Source: Desulfobacterales bacterium (GTDB taxonomy: Bacteria > Desulfobacterota > Desulfobulbia > Desulfobulbales > BM004). From it: a stretch of 42,389 nucleotides of DNA. The translations under genes and the position numbers were made by a program. The notes under the pieces are model-generated. The model ran no database searches, had not been told where the DNA came from, and saw only the letters and a list, made by a program, of their open reading frames with translations. Within the stretch, counting starts at the first letter, position 1, and the number at the start of each line of letters is the position of its first letter. This document shows, piece by piece, positions 36,659 to 42,389 of this stretch. Location: the NCBI GenBank assembly GCA_030621655.1, contig JAUXHH010000001.1, positions 1 to 42,389 on the forward strand. The letters run 5' to 3'.

Positions 36659-38881
36659 TTACATCTTATTCAGGGCCGCTGTTGCAGCTTTATGCCCCGG
36701 TGCTATTTTCAAGACTTTCTGAAACATTCCTTTCGCCTTCGATCTTGTTCCCAGTTTGTCATATATTTGACCGGTAAGATTCATGGCCTCCACACTTCTC
36801 CGTTCACGACGTAAACATTCTTTCAAGGCCTCAAGTGCAGATTCATATTGTTCCATCTTATATCTTACCCTTGCAAGACGATACCAATGTTGCCAATGAC
36901 TGTCATCAATATTGACAGCCTGCTTACAAAGTGACAATGCAATTTCATCACCCTGTTTTTGTAGAGCATATAATTCCCCCAGCATACTTATTGAATATGC
37001 ATCATGGGGATTATACCGGACGGCTCGCTGCAAGACCATAATAGCCTCGTTATTCTTTCCCTTCGCAAAATACGCCTCACCGAGATATCGCAATAATGCA
37101 TCCCGGCCTGGAACTTTGCTGTTCTCTTCAGCCATTATCTTTTCTTTTTCAAGTAAGGCAACAGTTTTGTTATATCTACCAACTCGGCAGTAGAGTTTAC
37201 TCAGTTGCAGGAGTAAATCATTTGGCTGACCTGTTTCACGTTCACGTTTGGAGACTGACAGAGTTTTTTCAAAATATCTTATAGCCTGCTCGTCTTCTCC
37301 AGTAGTCAGATAGGTGATGCCAAGATTAAACAGTCCCATATAATGTTTGGGGTCTGAACGTAAAATTTTTTTAAAAAACGGCCTGGCTTTCCTGGGTTTA
37401 TTCATCCGGGCATATGCTTCCCCGAGACTATTAAGCAGGTTGCTGTTGCTCGGCTCTATCTCCAAACCCTTTCTGTATTCTTTAACCGCCCGCACCAGGT
37501 CTCCTTCGCTATAATATATATCACCGCTGACGTTTTGGCTTACTCCATCAAAGACAGTCACTGTATCAGGACCGAAAAATCCTGTGTGCAACAAAGCCTT
37601 GCGTCCATTTTGTGGAATATCGGATTTGTTGAAATCAACACAGGGAAAACATGCAATACCAATTGAATAAGTAGTACCCGGGTCGATTGTTAACTTTTTC
37701 TTAAATTTACGGGTCCAGGATTTAGCTTTCTTGGCATCTGCGTCTGCTAAAAATACGAAAATTTCACTTTCATTAATTTGTACAGTCTCTGCTCCGGCCT
37801 CTATCAAAGCCAATAAACGCTTTGGGAAAGCCTTCTCGTGAAGTTGTCTATCCTGGCTTATGAGTAAAATTGCGAACCTGTCATTATCAACCCAGAGTTT
37901 TCTGAACCTTGCCATTACAGCAGGTTTTATTTTCTTGAGCGGGTGCAATTCAGGGTTGCTGATAGAGTTAAACGTACAAAGGGCAAATGGACCCCTCCGG
38001 TTGGCTTTACCTAACGCTATCCATGCCTGTTCCAATAATTTATCACACACAGATTCTTCTCGGGACGCATTTGAGTCTGTAGCGTCCACCCTTTCTTCTA
38101 TAGTGTTTATACCGATATGAATACGGCTAAATCCCTCCCTCCTGAACCAGCTTAAAATATTTTCCCCTAATCTCTTGGCCCGTTTCTCATCTAAATGATG
38201 CCCAATAAACCCGAAAACACCATTACCCATATGGTGCAATACATCCTGCCCAAGAAACGACTCCAAAGAATAACCGGCCCTGACGATATAATTCAGAGCC
38301 TTTTCAGCATTGTTCGCCCGCGGGTGAATTTCTATCAGAAACAGGGATACATTTTTTAAAACCGACTCGTTGATATCTTTTTTATTTCTTCTGAAATGAA
38401 CATGCTGCTCATCCGATAACAACCCTGCAAGTGTGTCATACAGATGGAATCCATTAAACATTCCTGTAACTGGTTCGAAGGCTAATTGTTTCTGTAAAAA
38501 AAACTCCCGGGATATAATGCGACTGCGATCACTTAACCATTCTCCAGAAAGCACATGTGCAAATTGTGCATCAATACCTTCAACAACCGTTATCCCAATA
38601 ATAGTTTCAGAATTCCAAACAGGCATAAAAAGAATAGGCCTTTCAACCGCCAAAGCTGATCGCCGCCGCCTTAATACACGTTTAATATATTGATTCCAGT
38701 ATTTGGGTTTATTTAAGGCGTGAAGAGTTTCACTGAAGTCATCTGCCGAACATAAGATCACCACAGGACCTTCGGCAAAAGGCATAAGCTGAAGAACAGT
38801 CCTGGAAAACTGCTTGTTAAAACGCTTAAAATCCTCGGAGCAAAGTTCCTGCACCTGCCACTCAAAAGGACAGTGGCCCAT
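36659..38881 (-). CDS. Multidomain protein with degenerate GGDEF-like module(s) plus C-terminal TPR repeats
   Basis: EPVTGMFNGFHLYDTL, LFLIEIHP, HHMGNGVFGFIG and EQAWIALGKANRRG follow the GGDEF domain pattern, but the GGDEF and metal residues are replaced. A second, weaker module lies at ~aa 335-450. From aa ~455 there are at least 7 TPR-like repeats (e.g. AVKEYRKGLEIEPSN). Confidence 0.75.
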   Translation of the reverse strand: MGHCPFEWQVQELCSEDFKRFNKQFSRTVLQLMPFAEGPVVILCSADDFSETLHALNKPKYWNQYIKRVLRRRRSALAVERPILFMPVWNSETIIGITVVEGIDAQFAHVLSGEWLSDRSRIISREFFLQKQLAFEPVTGMFNGFHLYDTLAGLLSDEQHVHFRRNKKDINESVLKNVSLFLIEIHPRANNAEKALNYIVRAGYSLESFLGQDVLHHMGNGVFGFIGHHLDEKRAKRLGENILSWFRREGFSRIHIGINTIEERVDATDSNASREESVCDKLLEQAWIALGKANRRGPFALCTFNSISNPELHPLKKIKPAVMARFRKLWVDNDRFAILLISQDRQLHEKAFPKRLLALIEAGAETVQINESEIFVFLADADAKKAKSWTRKFKKKLTIDPGTTYSIGIACFPCVDFNKSDIPQNGRKALLHTGFFGPDTVTVFDGVSQNVSGDIYYSEGDLVRAVKEYRKGLEIEPSNSNLLNSLGEAYARMNKPRKARPFFKKILRSDPKHYMGLFNLGITYLTTGEDEQAIRYFEKTLSVSKRERETGQPNDLLLQLSKLYCRVGRYNKTVALLEKEKIMAEENSKVPGRDALLRYLGEAYFAKGKNNEAIMVLQRAVRYNPHDAYSISMLGELYALQKQGDEIALSLCKQAVNIDDSHWQHWYRLARVRYKMEQYESALEALKECLRRERRSVEAMNLTGQIYDKLGTRSKAKGMFQKVLKIAPGHKAATAALNKM

Positions 38882-40320
38882 TACGGCTTAACTCCAAAAA
38901 CCTGATGAAGAATATTTGCCACCAGAGGGATTTCGTCATCTCCGACAGTACGCATATCAAGTATATATCTATCTTCTTCAATTCTTCCAATGACGGGGAG
39001 TGAATTCGTACGTAAAGCCTTTTCAAGCTCATTGATCGTTCTATCAAGTGGCTCAAGCACTACAGCCCTACTTTCCAGTTCCTCTTCGGGCAAGGCCCCA
39101 CCTCCTACCCGGGATCCAGTTGTCCTTACAGATATAGTGCATTTCCTGGCCAAATTCTTTTTTACTCTCCTTGATAAACGCTGAGCTCGACGACCCATAA
39201 TTTCTGGAGATGCTGTCAGCATTGCCAAAGTAGGAATTTCTATAACTGCAGTCTCATGATCATAATATAACCGCAATACTGTCTCCAGGGCTGCCAAAGT
39301 AAATTTATCAATGCGTAAAGCACGGTTCAATTGATTGCTCTTGATACGATCAATTATTTTTCGCTTTCCAACAATGAGACCAGCCTGCGGTCCTCCTAAT
39401 AACTTATCTCCGCTAAAAGTTACCACATCAACGCCAACCTTGACGGTTTCCTGCACAGTTGGCTCCTTTTTAAGACCATACTTTGAAATGTCAATGAGAC
39501 AGCCACTGCCCAGATCTTCCATGACCAATAAATCAGATCTGCCTGCCAATTCAACCAATTCTTCTGCCAAAACCTCTTTAGTGAAGCCGACCATCTTAAA
39601 ATTACTGGCATGCACTTTGAGTAACATGGCTGTCTCTTCGTTTATTGCACCTTCATAATCTCTCAAGTGCGTACGGTTCGTGGCCCCAACCTCGACAAGT
39701 TTGGCACCACTCTTTGCCATAACATCTGGAATGCGAAACGAACCACCGATCTCAACAAGCTGTCCGCGTGAAACAATAACCTCCCTACCTTTGGCAAATG
39801 TATCAAGGACAAGAAGCACTGCTGCTGCATTATTATTGACAACCAGGGCGGCTTCCGCCCCAGTCAGGTCACATAAGAGCTTCTCAACAAGACTGTAGCG
39901 ACTGCCTCTCTTACCAGTGGCCAGGTCAAATTCCAGGTTTGAATATCTGGTGCCAGCCTCCACGAGGGCTTCCCTTGCACTGAACGGCAGAATTGAACGC
40001 CCCAAATTTGTGTGAATCACCACCCCGGTTGCGTTAATTACCCGTTTAAAATTCGGCGCCAAGTTTCTCAACAGCCGTTTCTGAACCCGGGCAATAATTT
40101 TTTTTCTCGACAGGTCACTTTTGTTTACCTTCCTGCCTGACAAAATATTCTGCCTCAGCAACTCCAATTCTTCCCTGACAGACTGTTTTATCAGAAACAT
40201 CGGGGCATCAATTACATCAGTCAACCACTGCAATACTTCGTCAACCTGGGGAATCGATCTGAGAAGATTTTGTTTAGCTGGTGCTGCTATCTTGCTTTTC
40301 TTACTTTCACTCGCTTTCAT
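38881..40320 (-). CDS. selA: L-seryl-tRNA(Sec) selenium transferase
   Basis: LRSIPQVDEVL N-terminus, INATGVVIHTNLGRS and the PLP-lysine context FSGDKLLGGPQAG. ATG start at 40318-40320; the TTG at 40335 is an alternative. Confidence 0.9.
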   Translation of the reverse strand: MKASESKKSKIAAPAKQNLLRSIPQVDEVLQWLTDVIDAPMFLIKQSVREELELLRQNILSGRKVNKSDLSRKKIIARVQKRLLRNLAPNFKRVINATGVVIHTNLGRSILPFSAREALVEAGTRYSNLEFDLATGKRGSRYSLVEKLLCDLTGAEAALVVNNNAAAVLLVLDTFAKGREVIVSRGQLVEIGGSFRIPDVMAKSGAKLVEVGATNRTHLRDYEGAINEETAMLLKVHASNFKMVGFTKEVLAEELVELAGRSDLLVMEDLGSGCLIDISKYGLKKEPTVQETVKVGVDVVTFSGDKLLGGPQAGLIVGKRKIIDRIKSNQLNRALRIDKFTLAALETVLRLYYDHETAVIEIPTLAMLTASPEIMGRRAQRLSRRVKKNLARKCTISVRTTGSRVGGGALPEEELESRAVVLEPLDRTINELEKALRTNSLPVIGRIEEDRYILDMRTVGDDEIPLVANILHQVFGVKP

Positions 40321-40451
40321 GCAAGTACCCCGCAATGTTCATTTAGTCTTTATGTTGGCTAAAGTTATTTATGTTTCAAATCACTCACAGGGCAATATCT
40401 CTCTTCTATAAAGAACCCCGGAAATGCCCATACAGTTTTCAAATAAAACTG

Positions 40452-41483
40452 TCAAGATGCGCTTTTTGAAAAAACACCGGCAATTGCCTGCCCACAGTTC
40501 CCGCATTTTCCATTTACCAAATTCTGCGACAGCATTGAAAAGCCCATCCTCTCAAGAACTGTCTCACTGCATTGTGGACAAATAGTATTCTCACCATCTT
40601 CACCGGGGATGTTACCGACAAATACATATTTAAGACCTTCGGCCAGACCGATCTGCCTGGCACGTTGTAATGTGGATGATGGCGTTACGCCACGATCAGT
40701 CATTTTAAAGGTTGGATGGAACCGGGTAACATGCCATGGCATCTCTGGATCGATTCCTTTGATAAACTTTGCTATTTCCTTCAATTCACTATCAGAGTCG
40801 TTCCAGCCCGGTATGACCAGAGTGGTTACTTCTACCCAGACACCAAGCTCCTTCATGAGCCGTATGGTTTCAAGTACCGGTGCAAGTTTAGCACCACAGA
40901 CCTCCCGATAAAACTTATCGGTAAATGCCTTAAGATCAATATTGTTGCCATCCAGGAATGGGGCAAATTTTCTTGTTGCGTCGGGACTGGTATAGCCGTT
41001 GCTCACAAAAACATTCTTTATTCCCCTTTCATGTGCTAGTTGGGCACATTCATAGGCAAACTCAAAAAATATTGTCGGCTCTATATAGGTATAACTGATA
41101 CTCTGGCATCCATACTCTTGAGCCGAGGTTACTATTTCTTCAGGAGTTGCATTATTGCCGATTATTGACCCACTGTGTAACCGGGGATATTGTGAGATAT
41201 CGTAATTCTGACAGTGGGAGCAGCGAAAATTACAGCCAACTGTGGCAATGGAATAGGAAAGAGACCCTGGCAATAAATGAAAAAGGGGTTTTTTTTCTAT
41301 CGGATCAACATTCTGGCTGATTAATTTCCCATAAACAAGACTGTAAAGAATTCCGTCCCGGTTCTCCCTTACCTGGCATAAACCCCGTTTCCCTTTTTTT
41401 ATCCGACAATTATGAGCACAGAGATAACATTCTACACTTTTTTTCTCTTCATCAATGACCCGTTGAAAATCAGCTCTTTTCAT
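40452..41483 (-). CDS. AmmeMemoRadiSam-system-type radical SAM enzyme
   Basis: ECYLCAHNCRIKKGKRGLCQVREN N-terminal Cys motif, CNFRCSHCQN radical SAM cluster, and a C-terminal CPQC...CGNC ribbon. Start set at the ATG preceded by AAAGGTGGTG; the ATG at 41531 is an alternative. Confidence 0.85.
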   Translation of the reverse strand: MKRADFQRVIDEEKKSVECYLCAHNCRIKKGKRGLCQVRENRDGILYSLVYGKLISQNVDPIEKKPLFHLLPGSLSYSIATVGCNFRCSHCQNYDISQYPRLHSGSIIGNNATPEEIVTSAQEYGCQSISYTYIEPTIFFEFAYECAQLAHERGIKNVFVSNGYTSPDATRKFAPFLDGNNIDLKAFTDKFYREVCGAKLAPVLETIRLMKELGVWVEVTTLVIPGWNDSDSELKEIAKFIKGIDPEMPWHVTRFHPTFKMTDRGVTPSSTLQRARQIGLAEGLKYVFVGNIPGEDGENTICPQCSETVLERMGFSMLSQNLVNGKCGNCGQAIAGVFSKSAS

Positions 41484-41673
41484 AACACCACCTTTACTAA
41501 TAATACGGTATAATATTCCATCGGATTTCATAAAATATCAACTCAAATCAACGATTATTATCACATTTCTATCTGAGTTCATCCCAAATTACCCTATTTG
41601 TATTAATTCACCATATGGTTTTCTGCTGTATAATTTATTTTCTCATTTTTTTTAAAAACGCTTCAACTTTTCA

Positions 41674-41702
41674 TTGACAATTATTAATTAAGGTTATAGG
41701 TT
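41674..41702 (+). promoter_or_regulatory. Candidate rRNA operon promoter P1 with an AT-rich upstream element
   Basis: TTGACA (41674-41679), 17 nt, then TAGGTT. Preceded by the T/A-rich TTTTCTCATTTTTTTTAAAAA. Confidence 0.4.
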
Positions 41703-41753
41703 GCCGCGTTTCTTGGGGACATCAGTTCCTGGTTTCCCGGGTCCATAAATCAA

Positions 41754-41781
41754 TTGACATTTCAGTTGAAAATGGTAAATT
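41754..41781 (+). promoter_or_regulatory. Candidate rRNA operon promoter P2
   Basis: TTGACA (41754-41759), 16 nt, then TAAATT (41776-41781), ~215 nt upstream of the 16S 5' end. Confidence 0.4.
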
Positions 41782-41996
41782 AAATAGTTTCCCTATCGGT
41801 TCAAGTTGAGCCGTAAATAGTGGAAGCACAAGGTGTACTTTGGCAGCATCAAGTCGCCGGCTGGTGGGTAGAATTTTGCTCCTGGTTATCATCGATCTTT
41901 GAAAACTGAATAGTAAAGACAAATGGGTCTTTTAGTAATTTTTTTATTTTTTTTCTTTGCAAAATAGCTAACTTTTCGGAGTTAGTTACAGGATAT

Positions 41997-42389
41997 CAAA
42001 CTGGAGAGTTTGATCCTGGCTCAGAACGAACGCTGGCGGCGTGCTTAACACATGCAAGTCGAACGAGAAAGTTTCCTTCGGGAAGCGAGTAGAGTGGCGC
42101 ACGGGTGAGTAACGCGTAGATAATCTATCCTTATATTTGGGATAACATTGGGAAACTGGTGCTAATACCGGATACCCTTCTTTGCTGCTGGGCAAAGGAG
42201 GAAAGGTGGCCTCTTCATGAAAGCTACCGTATAGGGATGAGTCTGCGTACCATTAGCTAGTAGGTGGGGTAATGGCCCACCTAGGCTACGATGGTTAGCG
42301 GGTCTGAGAGGATGATCCGCCACACTGGAACTGGAACACGGACCAGACTCCTACGGGAGGCAGCAGTGAGGAATATTGCGCAATGGGGG
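41997..42389 (+). rRNA. rrs: 16S ribosomal RNA, 5' ~390 nt (continues past the window end)
   Basis: Contains AGAGTTTGATCCTGGCTCAG (27F site) at ~42005, GCTTAACACATGCAAGTCGAACG, and CCTACGGGAGGCAGCAG (341 site) near 42350. Confidence 0.97.

Noticed and set aside
41722-42195. ORFs 41722..41922(-) and 41986..42195(-).
   Set aside because: The first lies in the rRNA promoter/leader region, and the second is antisense inside the 16S rRNA gene. Both are spurious translations.

Overview
This 42.4 kb window reads as core chromosome, not an accessory island. It is bounded by a partial tRNA-Leu(UAG) on the minus strand at the left edge and the first ~390 nt of a 16S rRNA gene at the right edge. The 16S 5' sequence and the gene content (futalosine-pathway mqnD/mqnB, selA, an FeS-DUF3786 protein, an ilvBN-psd-pssA-leuA-leuB-asd block) suggest a Desulfobacterota/deltaproteobacterial anaerobe. 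That placement is an inference; no search was possible.

About 38 protein genes are recognisable from motifs in the supplied translations:
- Amino-acid biosynthesis: ilvB, ilvN, leuA, leuB, asd.
- Phospholipid synthesis: pssA, psd.
- Translation and RNA: arfB, rsmD, queA, rlmB, an S1-domain protein, an Smr-domain protein, yicC.
- Envelope: murI, a lolA-like gene, skp, pal.
- Iron: feoB plus a DtxR-family regulator.
- Others: glgP, a PLD-family protein, comEC, pilT, a LOG-family protein, selA, and two radical SAM enzymes.

I found no CRISPR array, no transposase or integrase, and no recognisable defence or toxin-antitoxin module. I cannot point to a clear-cut novel system.

The observations most worth a second look are:
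1. An orphan B12-domain radical SAM enzyme of the RiPP-maturase type. It has an atypical Cx4Cx2C motif and sits inside a murI-lolA-S1 operon with no visible precursor gene.
2. A 28-codon upstream ORF with HHH and PPP runs, the PPP encoded by a C8 homopolymer. It overlaps the start of the SD-less smr gene, and a GGTGA-rich element is repeated on both sides of smr.
3. selA overlapping by one nucleotide (TAATG) with a 740-aa protein that has degenerate GGDEF-like modules and TPR repeats.
4. Two palindromes in the feoB promoter region.

All functional calls rest on motif recognition and gene context only.
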